From Eledone cirrhosa (lineage: Eukaryota), in NCBI GenBank assembly GCA_964016885.1, contig OZ024744.1, positions 36,828,001 through 36,892,000 of the forward strand: a stretch of DNA of 64,000 nucleotides. Reading direction: 5' to 3'. The position numbers and the translations under genes were made by a program. This document shows positions 28,698 through 43,000 of the stretch, in pieces. Position 1 is the stretch's first letter. The number at the start of each line of letters is the position of its first letter. The notes under the pieces are model-generated. The model was not told where the DNA came from, made no database searches, and saw only the letters and a list, made by a program, of their open reading frames with translations.

Positions 28698-30105
28698 TAC
28701 GTTGTGTGGTGGTGGAGTGTTTGTGGGTGTGTTTGTGGGAATGTTAGACAGAGGGGGAAGGGTGAGAGAGTCCTTGATGGGATTTTGGTGTGTTGTATTT
28801 TTTGTTTTGTGATGGTGGAGTAGATGTTGATAGTTTTTGTTATGTGTTTTTTTGTGTTGTGTTCTTTGTTTTCGAGTGCTGCTATTGAGGCTTGGGTGTT
28901 GGTAGCAACACCTAATTTTGTTTTGGTGAGTTCAGAATTGGGCAGAAGGGTTTATGTGGATGTTTTTTCTACACCTAAAACACTGTGGTTTTATGCCCTC
29001 CACTGTGATGTTGATAATGTGGCTGTTATCAACAGGTACCCTTTCGGGAATCTTTGAAACTGGTTTCATTTGGACCGGGATTTCAACCGAGGTCCCATTC
29101 CAGTTGTAACTGGTTGATTTCTTTACAGAAAGGAGGATGTCTTCACCATCTTTCAAAAAGCCATCCAGGATCTACCTTATGCTGGTGTATGGTGGGATTT
29201 GGGGTACTTATATCTTGTGTGTTCTTCTTCCCATGTATGTAGAGAAGAAGATGTATTGGCTCGTATTGATGGGTGTCACCGAATACTTTTGAGCGAGGGC
29301 CTCGCTGTTGAAGGGCACCAAGATGTTGCCATATTGCTTGGCCCGCTGAAGGTAGGCAATATCTGGCATTGCGCCTTTAATATAACTTCTACTACATATT
29401 GAGGAAGAGAAACGGGTTTTTCTAGATTCTATAGAAATAGTTCTATAGAATAGGGTTATCTTTAGGGTTGCGGCGCGGATTTTCGGTGGGGTGTTCATAC
29501 GAAATCCATCACCCACGACTGTTATATATTGTGGAGTATCCTTCAGATATTGTAATTTATTCAAGATGCCGATTGCGATGAACTCCGTCTCCTTGGCAAC
29601 TGACGCTGCAAATATTGTTGTTGTTGTTGTTTTCATTGTTGCTGGTGTTGTTGTTTTTCACTTGGTTTCATGTTATTGTTTTCGTTTGTTGAATTTGTTT
29701 TTGTGTTTATTTTATTTTTATTTTTTAAGTTGTTGTTGTTGGTCATCGTAATTTTTTCATTAAGTAAACTTTTCATACTATCGTCTGTTGATAAAGTTGT
29801 AGTCATTGCGACAACGAAGATAGCAGCAGAAGACATAACGTCTTCCTTTACACTCCCCTTTCCCCAGGCGTTCAGTAGTTTGGGGGAAGGTAGCGTTTGT
29901 TCCCTTATGGCTAAATTTCACAAATAAAATTTTCAATTTTCCGAAATATCAGAGCAAATTTTCGCCCCTAAGGGCTTGGATCTTAGAGAAACCAACCACG
30001 AGAAGTTTCAGTTGGTTGATATAACTTTAAAACAATGGAAATTAAATTTACAAATCTCAGATTTTCTGGTAGAAACATAAACAAAAACTCACACCTGTAT
30101 TCATA
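28698..30105 (-). mobile_element. Tx1-like element A: 5' UTR and partial ORF1, 3' part lost
   Basis: LQRAKQYGNILV...FFSTYMGRRTHKI and VEGIKPQCFRC are homologous to ORF1 of elements B-D. Confidence 0.8.
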
Positions 30106-30107
30106 AA

Positions 30108-30458
30108 GATGTTTTTTTATTAGCTACAAGGGCACAAAGGGGGAAGTTTACATACAATAAAAACGTGTAAAGTACTATCACATATGCAATTTAAAAATGA
30201 ATCGATTTTCCCCAATAGGGGGAGACATTACATATGGGTAACATACCCCAGAAAAAATGTGCAACCCTCATCTCCAGGAGTACGAAGAGTGAGTAACTCT
30301 TTCCTCTCTTCCTCTTTTTCCTCAACCTACAGGCTGATATAGAGAGAAGGCCCATTCACTCGGGCCATTCTCGCCCCTTTCATAAAACTTGCTGGTGTAC
30401 AACACCTCTCTCTCCATCCTGATTCTTCTTCCAAAGTGGTATTTGAAAAAAAGAACCA
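30108..30458 (-). mobile_element. 5'-truncated Tx1 3' end (family of element C)
   Basis: near copy of 40021-40380. Confidence 0.85.
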
Positions 30459-30479
30459 CTAAAGATAGATAGATAGATT

Positions 30480-33400
30480 GATTTCTTTATTTGCCACAAG
30501 GGCGCACAAGAAAAGGGGACAATACAAAGGCATGCCGGGGATTTTACATACAGTCGTGTAAAAAAATATAAAACAAACAATTACAACAATCGAAATCCCC
30601 AATCTCTCGGGCCATTTTCGTTTCATTCACCCACCTTTCAGTAAATTTCCTAGGGTGAAGTGCCTCTCTCTCCACTCTGATTCTCCTTCTAAAGTGATAC
30701 TTAAAGAAGGGAATTAATTGTTGTCCGGAGAGAAAGGCATCTGTCCTCAGTCCTCTCAATCTCGTCCACCATATAACTTCTTTCACCATAGCCACTGTAC
30801 AGTGGAAAACCGCCCCTCTTTCGTTTTTGAAAGAGGCTGGCTGTTTGATCCTTACTATGGACTTGGCAGTCAACTGGATTTGTTCCATACGCGACAGCAG
30901 TTATTCTGCATAGTTCCACAGGTCCGTGCCAGTAGCTCTTGTCACGAACAGGTAGAGCTCCTCGGTAGCACTGCCAGGCCAGGGACCTCTGGAAGTTGTC
31001 CATAGCTCCCGGGCGGAAAGTCCTACCAAACAGACTGGTGAGCTCATCGTCTTCGACGCCCAGATTCTCTCCGAGCACGTCGTCGCACTTGTAACGTACA
31101 ATCCCTCTGTAGAATGTCGAAGTGGTGTCTCCACTGATTGCTGTGCCTGCTTGCCAGAGGACTGTGAGCGCCTGAACGCATTCAATGTGCCACGCGTCCA
31201 TCGTTTTCGGTCTTCGCTTGACCAAGGACTGCAGCTCCGTCGGCGAGACGAGCTGTGGGAAGGCCTGTCTCACAAGCTGTGCCCACACCGGTTGGGGGTC
31301 GGTGAGAACTTGGAGTTGCGGCAGCTTTGTTGCATGTTTGCACATCATCAGCCACAGCATTCCCAGCCCTCTGTTGGAAGGGTGCTGACAGCAGATGGAT
31401 CTCCTCACCAGCGGAGCCTGCTTCTTCCACAGAAACTGGAAGAGCATGTGTTTCATCTTGGCGAGGTGTTCACGGGGACAAGGCACGACAGTCAAGCGGT
31501 AGTAGATGACGGACGCTATGAAAGTGTTCGCCACCTCGCCGCGACCTTTCAAGGACAGTTTGCACTCTGCCCACCTCTGGGTAAGCGCAAAGACCTTGGC
31601 CGGTTTTTCTCCACCTGGAGGTCTGGACCGAACCAGGCCCCGAGCAATTTCACCGGTCCGTCCGTCTAGTGTCCAATGACGCTGTCGGACATCATCGGTT
31701 TGCCTCTCCACGTACCGAGTTGCCTCTCCACGTACCGGGTTTAGTTTTGCTCCCTTCAGCGTTTCGTATTCTTTCAGTAAGTTGCCGATCACCCCGATTT
31801 CCGAGGTGCTCGACACCATTACCGCCACGTCGTCGGCATAAGCCGACGCCGCTTTGCGCAGTCCCGGTTCTAGGGGGATACCCTGCAACAACTCCAATTT
31901 CCACAGTAGTGGCTCTAGAGTTAATACATACAGAATGGAGGTAGGGAGCACCCCTGTCGAATGGAACGCGTGATTGCGAACGGCTCCGATAGGTAGCCGT
32001 TCAGCTTGACCCTCGAGCAGATGCTGGTGTGCATCGCCTCGATTAGAGCCTCTGAAACCGGGACCGAAACCGGCCGCCTTGAGAACCGCTTCCAAGTATC
32101 GATGGTCGACCCTATCGAATGCCTTAGACTTATCCAAATTGATCAGAGCCGGATTTACTACCCAACCTCTCTATGATGTATTGCATGAGGTGGAGGTTGT
32201 CGCGTATGGAGGTGGTCGGGATTGCACACGTTTGCGCTTTCCCTACGAGGTACTCGACGACAAGCGCTAACCTCGTCGCTAGCTCCTTGGCCAAAATCTT
32301 TAACTCTGAGCAGAGTTATGGACCTGAAGTTGTTAATTTCGTTCCCCTTGTTCTCGTCTTTCCTGATCAGCGTTACTACGCCCTTGCCTGCAGAACTGTG
32401 AATTCTCCCGTTCTGCTGCCAATTGCAGTAGACGGCTTCGAGGACGCCAGAGAACAAGTCCGGCATGCCTATGTAAAACTCATAGGGTAGACCATCTAGA
32501 CCTGGTGACTTGCGTTTCCCGCAGCGGCCCAGAGCGTCCCGTATCTCAGTGTCTGTGATCGGTCTTTCGCAGAACTCGGCGTCCGTGTTCGAGAGACGCG
32601 GCAGGCCGTCGAGTTGTGAACTAAAGTCCATTACTCCGCCACTCGGGCCCAGTTGACAGCTTTCGCTCTTTCGTTTCCTAGAGCACGTGTTTTGCTTCTG
32701 ACCACGCAGCCTTCGTGTTTCGCATCGAAGAACTGGTCCAGTGCGTTCTCGACGCTAACACTCTAGCCGCGGTGCCATTTCTAAGTGCCTCCTCTACCTT
32801 GGCTACTAGTTCTCTTTCTATTTTGTTTTTCTCTAATTGCTTTCTAGAGATAGTACCACCATCTATTGTTGACGATAGCTCCCGTTGACTGTTGCTTGAG
32901 TAGTCTACTTATCCGTTCACTGTAAGCTTTACGTGCCGGCAGCGACACCTTCAGCTTCCAGTATCCGGGTCCCTGTCTATGTGTTCTGTCACGGTTGACT
33001 ATGCAGACGACTAATTTGTGATCTGAATAGGCAACCATGTGCATTCGTGGACAGCTTAAAATCTCCTTGTCCCTTTCTCTAATGAAGAACCTATCTAAAT
33101 ACGATCTAGATGTCCCGCTGTGGTTTGCCCGCGTCCACTGCATTGCAGTCGGGAAATCCAGTCGATACCTATCGGCCAGTTGGAATTGGGCGATTAAAGT
33201 GTTGAGGCTGTTGCACCCACCTGTACTGGGACATGCTCCCACATAGTCCCATCGTGCATCAAGGATACCATTCCAGTCTCCCACTAAAAGTAAGGAGCGA
33301 GACGTTCCCAGAAAAGACTCTAGACGCTTAAAGATGTCTGGCCGTGATTCTGATTGTCCGGTCGGGGCATAAACGGCCACCAGTCTGAAGGCTCCACCTC

Positions 33401-35832
33401 CAATACTGTTCACGTTTAGGACTACCAGTCTACCCTCCGGGTCCAAATGTACTTGCTGTACTTCGACTTCCAGGTTCTTCCGAAACATGACAGCCACTCC
33501 CCCTCCCCTTCCTGGCTGACAGAGAGATGTGTAGATCTGCAGGTCGTCGAAGATGGAGTTTAGTTGCTGCCTGTTGTGGATCCTGGACTCGGTGATGGCT
33601 ATCACATCCATACTGTGTGACCTAAGGTCGTTTAAAAGTTGGCCCTGTTTCCAGGGCATCCCTAGGCTACGCATATTCACGGTTCCAACTCATAAACTAG
33701 CCATGTTGGTGGAGAAGAGTTGGCGAAAAGGACGAAAAGGTGCACTTACCTTTTCGTTTCCTAGAGATCGGGTTTTTCAATCTCCATTTCAGTTCTGGAG
33801 GGTGTTGGGTGGGGTGGGGAAACATTTTAATAAGACGCGGTTAATAGGTTTTTGACAGGGGTTGCCGACGTCCTGCGAAAATTGTTCTTTCAATTTCTGA
33901 TAGGTTTCTATCGAAACCCTTATTAGTTTTAGGTGTGGAGACAATTCTGTTTTGATGAAAGTTTTACCCTCCGTCTCCACCTTGGGGTTTGGGGAGATGA
34001 CCTCCATCAAACTCTTGTTGTTTGTGTTGATGTATGCGTATTGTTGTTTGTGTTTTTGTTGTGTTGTTTTAGTTTGTTGTTCGTCCGGGAGTTTTCTTTT
34101 TATGGTGGGTGCTTGTGTTTGGGGTGGGTTTGGTGTTGGTTTTGCTGGTAGGGGCATGTTTGACTGTGGTGTTGTTTGTATTGTTGTTTGTGTCTGTGGT
34201 TGTGTGTTGGTGCTGGTGATTGGAGTTTTGTGGGGTTTTGTGGTGTCTCTTCTTTTTGTTTTTTAGATTTCCGAGGCTCTCCTTCTTCTTCACTTAAAGA
34301 AGGAGAAGCAGCCTCAACTGTCGGTGAATAATCATCGTCAGGTGTGTGGTGTAGCCGTATGTTGTGTGGTGGTGGTGTTTCGGTGTGTGTGTGTGTGGTA
34401 GTGTTTGATGGAGTGGGATGAGGTGGGGCTGTGTTCTTCAGGGCTGTTGTCTGTGTTTTTTCTGTTGTTGTTGGTTCAGTAGCTGTTTGTTTTGGTGTGT
34501 TTGCTCGTTTCGCCTGTTGTTGTACTTGTGTTGGTGGTTGTTTGGTGTTGGTGTTGGTAGTAGTGTTTTTTTAATGATGTTATTGTGGTGTGTTTGTGAA
34601 GGACAGGAGGCTTTTAGGTGTGCTGTGCTACCACAGCGAAAGCAATGACATTTACGCCCCTCTACCGAAATGTTTATTTTATTGATGTCGTCGATGACTA
34701 CTTTTCGGGTATATTGGAGATTCTCTCCAGCCTCATTTGCATCAGAATTACCAAATCAGTACCCGCCCACCTTTGTTTAATAGACTTTCGTATTGAAAGA
34801 ATAGCACCAGTCACTGGCTCCACGAAGCCAGCCAAGATCCATCAGATTTTAATGTTAGGTGGTATATTTTTATTTTTTATTTTTTGTGTCCTTTTTCCCA
34901 TGTACGTAGGGAAAAAGGTGAATGCTTTTGACACCATTGGTGTCATAGAACGCTTTTGGGCGTGTGCCTCGTTTTTAAACAGTACGGAAACACTCCCGTA
35001 CTATTTTCCTCGTTGTAGAAAGTCAATATTTGCTAGAGTCTCCTTCATGGTGGCTTCCATGTCTCCTTGACTAACAAATATTGGCTTTCTCGTTGTGTTG
35101 GAGACAGTCCTGAAGGTCCTACGAACTGTCTCTTATTTTATTTTGAGGGGTGAGTTGATTCTAAAGACACCCTTGTCTTCGAAAGTTACAAATTTTCCCC
35201 CTTGCTGGAGCATATCTCTTACATTGCAGATGTCAAGATTTATAAAATTTTGCTTTTTGTTCACTGTTTCAGCGAAAGACATTTTCTTTTGTGGTGTTGC
35301 TGTTGTCGTTGTTGTTATCGTTGTTAGCTTCGGTCGCAATCTCTTGACGAGGTGAAACTTTATGTGTAGATGTATCTATGGAGTTGTTGTTGTTTTCTTA
35401 TTCATGTGTATGTATGTTAATAGGTTTAATTCCTGTGTTTTCCTGTGTGTTATATTTGTCCACTTCGACGGTAGAAATTTTAAAATCTTCAAGTGGTAAT
35501 CTTTTTTTCTCTTAAATGACAGTCCTATCCATGGCGACGTCCATAGTAGGAGAAGCAGATATAACGTTAATATCTGCCTCTCTACCTCTCTTCTCTATGT
35601 CGACGTTCTCTAGCGTTCTTTCCGAGCTATTCAGGTTTTATAGTTGGCAAATTTTGATATTTTAAAACAATTTTTTAATTAAATTTTCGCTCCTAGAGGG
35701 GCGAAAAATGGGATTACCATCCAGCTGACAATTCTTGGGGGTTAATCTACAAAATGATGTTTTTTCAAAAATTGTGTTCAACTTTTTGTATAGAAATTTA
35801 CAAAAAAGCTTACCGGCGATGTTCCACGCGTC
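30480..35832 (-). mobile_element. Tx1-like element B, near full length and decayed (ORF1 about 35530-33746, ORF2 33704-30600)
   Basis: APE motifs (VIAITES, VYAP, GDWN, YLDRF, SDH); RT motifs (KSPGLDGLPYEFY, DKSKAFDRVDH, AYADD); AATAAAG then (ATCT)n tail. Confidence 0.92.
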
Positions 35833-38800
35833 AAGGGCGCACAAGAAAAGGTGACAAAACAAAGACATGCCGGGGATTTTACATACAATCGTGTACAAAA
35901 ATATAAAACAAACAATTATAACAATCGAAATCCCCAATGGGTTGTTTAATACCCCGTTGATAGAACAACCCTCTACTTCAGGAGCGTGTTGTGCAAGTGC
36001 TCCTTTCTTCCTTTTGCTCTCTTCTTCAACCTACAGGTTTATATACAGAGAAGGCCCAATCACTCAGGCTATTTTTGCCACAGTCATCCTCCTTTCAGTA
36101 TATTTACTGGGGTGCAGTGCTTCTCTCTCCCCACTCTGATTCTCATTCTAAAGTGGTATCTAAAGAAGGGAATGAGTTGAGGTCCGGAGAGAAAGGCATC
36201 TGTCCTCAACCCTCTCAATCTCGTCCACCATATAACCTCTTTCACCATAGCCACTATACAGAGGAAAACCGCCCCTCTTTCGTTTTTGAAAGAGGCTGGC
36301 GGTTTGATCCTTACTATGGACCCGGCAGTCAACTGGATCTGTCCCATACGCGACAGCAGTTGTTCCGCGTAGTTCCACAGGTCGGTTACGCCCGGGCAGT
36401 GTACAATTGCGTGCAGGACGATTTCAATGTCCTGCTCGCATCTTGGACACGTCTTTTGGAAGAATCCCTGACGGGCGTCCGTGCCTGTAGATCTTGTCAC
36501 GAACTGGTAGAGATCCTCGGTAGCACTGCCAGGCCAGGGACCTCTGGAAGTTTTCCATAGGACCCGGGTGGAAAGTCCTACCAAACAGACTGGTGAGATC
36601 GTCGTCTTCGACGCCTAGAGTCTCCCTGAGCACGTCGTCGCCCTTGTGACGTACAATCCCTCTATAGAATGTCGAAGTGGAGTCTCCACTGATTGCTGTG
36701 CTCGCATGACAGAGGACCGTGAGCGCCTGAGCGCATTCAATGTGAAAGGCGGCCATCTTCTTCGGTTTGACCCAGGACTGCAGCTCCGCCAGCGAGTCAA
36801 ATTGCGGGAAGGCCTGCCTCACAAGCGGTGCCCACACCGGTTGGTCGGTGAGGAATACCTGTAGATTCCGTAGCCTCAGCGCATGCTTGCGCATCATCAG
36901 CCACGGCATTCCCAGCCTTCTGTTGGAAGGGTGCTGAGAGCAGACGGATCTCCTCAACAGTCGAGCCTGTCTCTTTCAAAGGAACTGGAAGAGCATGCGT
37001 TCCATTTTGGTGAGGTGTTCACGGGGACAAGTCACGACAGTGTAGCGGTAGTAGATGACGGACGCTATGAAAGTGTTCGCCACTTCCGCTCGACCTTTCA
37101 AGGATAGTTTGCACTCTGCAAATTTCTGGTTGAGCGCAAATACCTTGACCGTGACCTCGTTCCAGTTTTTCTCCACCTGGAGGTCTGGACCGAACCAGAC
37201 CCCAAGCAATTTCCCCGGTCCGTCCGGCCACGTTACGAGTTGCAAACCGACAGACTTGTCCGGATTCAGTTTTGCTCCTGTAAGCCTTTCACATTCCTGC
37301 AGTAAGTTTCACCCACATAGTCCCATCGTGCATCAAGGATACCATTCCAGTCTCCCACTAAAAGTAAGGAGCGAGACGTTCCCAGAAAAGACTCTAAACG
37401 CTTAAAGAAGTCTGGCCGCGATTGCGATTTCCCGGTCGGGGCATAAACGGGCACCAGTCTGAAGGCTCCACCTCCAATACTGTTCACGCCTAGGTCTACC
37501 AATCTACCCTCCGGATCCAAGTGTACTTGCTGTACTTCCACCTCCTGGCTGGAGTTGGAAGTACAGCGTAGATCTCAAATCATTGAAGATGAGGGTTAGT
37601 TGCTGCCTGTTGTGGATCCTGGACTCGGTGATAGCTATCACATCCATACCGTGTGACCTAATGTCGTTTAAAAGTTGCCCCTGTTTCCAGAGCATCATTA
37701 GGTCACGCACATTCACGCTTCCAACTCGTAAACTAGCCATGCTGGTGGAGGAGAGTTGGAGAGAAAGGACGAAAAGGTGCACTTACCTTTTCGTTTCTTG
37801 GAGATCGGGTTGTTCAATCTCCATTTGGGTGCTGGAGGCGGTGTTGGGTGGGGTGGGGAAACATTTTTAACAGGACGTGGTTGATGGGTTTCTGGCAGCG
37901 GTTACCCACGTCCTGCGAAAATTTATTTTTCAGGTCACTATAGGTCTCCATAGAAACCCTTATAAGATTAATGTGTGGAAACGATTCTGCTTTAACGAAA
38001 GTTTTGCCCTCCATCTCCACCTTGGGCTTTTTGGAGATGACCTCTATCAAACTCTTGTTGTTTGTGTTGATGTATGCGATTTGTTGTTTGATTTTATTGT
38101 GTTGCTATCGTTTGTTGTTCGTTCGGGAGTTTTCTTTTTATGGTGGGTGCTTGTGTTTGGGGTGGTGTTGGTGTTGGTTTTGCTGGTAGGGGATGTTTGA
38201 CTGTGGTGTTATTTGTGTTGTTGTTTGTGTCTGTGGTTGTGTGTTGGTGTTGGTGATTGGAGTTTTGTGGGGTTTTGTGGTGTCTCTTTTCTTGTTTTTT
38301 GGATTTCCGAGGCTCTCCTTCTTCTCCTAAAGAAGGAGAAGCAGCCTCATCTGTCGGTGAATAATTATCGTCAGGAGTGTGGGGTAGGTGTATGTTGTGT
38401 GGTGGTGGTGTTTCGGTATGTGTGTTTATGTCTTTGATGGAGCGGGATGGGGGTGGGGCTGTGTTCTTCAGGGATGTTGTCTGTGTTTTTTTCTGTTGTT
38501 GTTGATTGAGTGGCTGTTTGTTTTGGTGTGTTTGCTTGTTTCGTCTGTTGTTGTGGTGGTGGATGTTTTGGTGTTGGTAACAGTGTTTTCTTTTGTATTG
38601 TTTTGGTTGAGCGTGTTTGTAAAGGGCAGGGGGCCTTAAGGTGTGTGGCGCTATTGCAACGAAAGCAATGTGCTTTTCGTTCTTCAACCGAAATGTTTAT
38701 GTGGCTGTTGTTGTTCACCAGCACTTTTTCTGGTATTTTGGAGATTCTTTCCGGGCTTATTTGCACAAGAATCTCCAAATTTGTACAAGACAACGTATGT

Positions 38801-39510
38801 CTGGTTGACTTTTTGATGGAGAGAATGGTGTCTTTTCTCTCCTCTACAAATCCTGCCAATATCCATCAAATATTATTTGGTGGTATGTTTGTAATTCTGA
38901 TTTTTTGTGTCCTTTTTCCCAGGTATGTAGGGAAAAAGGTGTATTTTTGAGACAGTATTGGCGTCACCGAGTATCTTTGTGCAAATGCCTCGCTTTTGAG
39001 GAGTACAGAAATACTCCCGTACTGTTTGGCCCTCTGCATAAAGTCAATGTTTGGCAATATCTCCTTCAAGGTTGCTCAATTTCCCCTTGACTGAGGAATA
39101 CTGTTCGTTTTGTTTCATTTGAAGCAGTTCTGAAGGTAATTGTCCTTCGAAATGTTTCCAGACGAATTTCTGGGGTGAGTTTATTTGAAATCCACCATTT
39201 TCACCGAAAGTGATAAACTCCTTTGCTTCAGAGAGCATCTGTTTCGCATTGGAGATATCGAGGTCTTTGAACTCTTGTTTTTTGGTGTTGTTGTTATTGT
39301 TGTTGTGGTTGTCGGTTTTTTCCGTTTGTAGTTGTGTCAATGGTTTTATTTTCTGTTGTTTTTTCTGTTGTTTTTGGTGTCTGTTGTACACTGTGTGGTT
39401 CGATCTTGTTTTTATTTGTGTTGTCCATATTGGTTTCCATGGTGACGCCAATACATGCGGAGTTAGAGGTAACGTTATTATTATTTGTGACTGTTTCTGT
39501 AAAAGTTATT

Positions 39511-39553
<43 letters not shown>

Positions 39554-39998
39554 CGGTTTTTTCGTTTATAGTTGCATCTATTGTTTCATTTTTTTGTGGT
39601 TTTTGATGTCTGTTGTAAGCTGTGTGGTCCATCTTGTAAGTTGCATTTTTCGGCTTCTTGGCAAAACAAAACTTTATTGTCACTATTTGTTTCCATAGTG
39701 ACGCCTATGTAGTCAGAAGTTGCTGTAACGTTACTCTCTGCATTTCTCTCTCTATTTTCTTCGCCAACGTTCACTAGCGTTCCTTCTACTAATTATCGAT
39801 AGCAAAAATATTAAATTTTTGAAAATATTTCAAAAAAAATTTCCGACCCTGTGGGGCAAAAACTTATATTACCGCCCAGCTGACAATTCAACCTCGGTGT
39901 TAATCTATCAAACAATATAAATTTTCACACAATAAATTCTGTTTTTTTTTTTTTAATTTTACAAAAATTTAGCGACGATCTATCGCACGCCCGGTCAA
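35833..39998 (-). mobile_element. Tx1-like element B', ORF2 internally deleted
   Basis: ORF1 knuckle CFRCNSATHLKAPCP; APE joined directly to late RT at about 37310; CPRC...LHAIVHCP C-terminal finger. Confidence 0.9.
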
Positions 39999-40020
39999 TA
40001 AATAGATAGATAGATAGATA

Positions 40021-43000
40021 TGTTTCTTTATTAGCCACAGGGGCACAAAAGAAGGGGACAAATACAAAGGGGGAAGTTTACATACAATAAAAACGTGTAA
40101 AATGTTATCACAAATGGAATTTAAAAAGTTAGTCGATTTTCCCCAATAGGGGGAGACAGTTTATATGGGTAACACATACCCCCGAAAAAATGTGCAACCC
40201 TCGTCTCCAGGAGTACGAAGAGTTTGTACTCCTTTCCTCTCCTCCTCCTTTTCCTCAACCTACAGGCTGATATAGAGGCCATTCTCGCCACTTTCACCCA
40301 CCTTTCATAAAACTTGCTGGGGTACAGCACCTCTCTCTCCATCCTGATTCTTCTTCCAAAGTGGTATTTGAAAAAAAGAATCAGTTGTTGGCCGGAGAGA
40401 AAGTTGTCTGACCTCAGCCCTTTCAACCTTGTCCACCATACAACCTCTTTCGCCATAGCTATCACACAAAGGAAAACCACCTCTCCTTCATTTTTGAAGG
40501 AGGTTGGCGGTTTGATCATGACAATGGACTCGGTGGTCAACCGGATTGGTCCCACTCGCGACAATAGTCGTTCTACATATCCCCACAGGTCAGTGACCCC
40601 TGGGCAGTGTATGAATGCGTGTTCGACGGTTTCTTCGTCTCGCACGCACCTCGGACAGATCTTTTTTGCAGGGTCCCTGCCCGGGCGCCCATGTCTGTAG
40701 AGCTTGTCTCGAACTGGTGGAGCTCCTCGGTAGCACTGCCAGGCCAGGGACTTTTGGAAGTTGTCCATCGGTCCCGGGCGGAAAGTCCTACCGAACAGAC
40801 TGGCCAGTTCGTCTTCCTCTACGCCTAGAGTTTCTCCGAGCGCGTCGTCGCACTTCCTGCGGATCAACCCTCTATAGAATGACGAAGTGGAGTCTCCTCT
40901 GATCGCCGGGTCCGCCTGACAGAGGGCTGTGAGCGCCTTAGCACATTCGATGTACCAGTCGCCCATTTTCCTCGGTCTTTGCTTGACCCAGGACTGCAGC
41001 TCGGTCAGCGAGACGAGTCGTGGGAAGGCTCGCCTCACGAATGGGGCCCACACCGGTTGTCCGGTGAGGAATACGTAGAGATGCCGCAGTCAGAGCGCGT
41101 GTTTGCGCATCGTCAAACACGGCATCCCCAGAAGATGGATCTTCTCACCAAAAGAGCCCGCGTCTCCCAAAGGAATCGGAAGAGCGCGCGCTCCATTTTG
41201 GCGAGCGTTTTGGCTGGACAAGGCACGACGGTCAAGCGGTAGTGGATGGCGGACGCTATAAAAGTGTTCGCCACCTCCGCTCGACCTTTCAAGGATAGTT
41301 TGCACTCGGCCCACTTCTGGGTGAGTGCAAACACCTTGGCCGTCACTTCGTTCCAGTTCTTCTCCACCTGGAGGTCCGGACCAAACCAGACCCCGAGCAG
41401 CTTTACCGGTCCTTCCGTCCAGCGTCCGACTTGTCTCGGTTCAGCTTCGCTCCTGTGAAACTTTCGTATTCCTTCAGTAAGGTGCCGACTTCCTCGATTT
41501 GCGAGGCGCTCGACACCATTACTGTAACGTCGTCGGCGTAGGCCGACGCCTCTTTCCGCAGTCCCGGTTCCAGAGGGATGCCCTGCAATAGCTCCAACTT
41601 CCGCAGTAGTTGCTCGAGAGTCACTACGTACAGAAGGGAGGAGAGAGGGCATCCCTGTCGAATGGATCGCGTAATATGGAACGGCTCCGAGAGGTAGCCG
41701 TTCACCTTGACCCTTGAGCAGATGTTGCTGTTGTGCATTGCAGCAATCCAGCCCCTGAACACGGGTCCGAAGCCAGCCGCCTCGAGCACCGCATCCAGGT
41801 AACGATGGTTAACCCTATCGATAGCCTTAGACTGATCCAAGTTGATCAGGGCCAATCGAAGCCGGATTTACACCCTACTTTCTCTATGATGTATCGCATG
41901 AGGTGGAGGTTGTCGTGTATGGACCTGGTTAGGATTGCGCATGTCTGCGCTTCTCCCACCAGGTTCTTGATAACAAGCGCCAGCCTCTTTGCCAACACCT
42001 TGGCCAAAATCTGTAACTCTCTGTTTAGCAGAGTTATGGGCCGGAAGTTGCCTATGTCATCCCCCTTATTCTCGTCCTTCCTGATTAGTGTGACCACGCC
42101 CCCGGTTACAGAACTGGGAATTCTCCTGTTCTGTTGCCAGTTGCAGTAGACCGCTTCCAGGACACCGGAGAATATGTCCGGCATTGCTACGTAAAATTCG
42201 TAGGGTAGACCGTCGAGACCTGGAGATTTGCGTTTGCCGCATTGGCTCAGCGCGTCCCCTATCTCAGTGGCTGAAATCGGCTTTTCGCAGAACTTTGCCT
42301 CGCTGTCTGAGAGTCGCGGTAGGCCGTCGAGATATGGTCCGAAATCCATAGCCTCTCTCGGCGCGTCGCCCCCAACGAACAGCTGAGCAAAGTGCCGCTG
42401 AAAAGCCGCGCACATCTGCTTCGGCTCAAGTATTACGCGTCCGTTTTGGTCCTTCAAAGACCGAATCGTGGACTTGTTGCCACTTTTTTGCCTCCGTCAC
42501 TCGGGCCCAGCTAACAGCTTTGGCTCCCTCGTTTCCCAGAGCACGTATTTTGCTCCTGACAACGCAGTCCTTGTGCTTTGCGTCGAAGAACTGGTCCAAG
42601 GCCGTTCTTGTTGCTAGCATGCTTGCTACGTTGCCACTTCTACTTTATCTTCTATTTTTTTCTCGGTCCTATTTAGATCTAACGCTAATTCTTTACTAAA
42701 AACTAACGAGTCTAATCTAACTGCCCTCTTGAGAGAGTACCACCATCTGTTGTTGACAATGGCCCCTGTCAAGTGCTGTTTAACTAAAGTGCTAATCCGT
42801 CTACTGTAGGCTTTGCTTGTCGGTAACGACAAGTTCAGCTTCCAGTAGCCGGGTCCTTGTCTATTGGTTCTATCAAGATTGGCCATGCAGGTCACTAGTT
42901 TGTGATCTGAATAGGCAACCATGAACATTTGTGGACAGCTTAACATGTCCCTATGCTTATTTCTAACTAGAACCCTATCTAGGTACGATCTAGATGTTCC

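Noticed and set aside
37741-37786. 45-nt micro-intron fusing ORF1 to ORF2
   Set aside because: The AG acceptor (ccagcATG) is specific to this copy; the sister copy has ccaacATG and other families lack an AG or give out-of-frame products.
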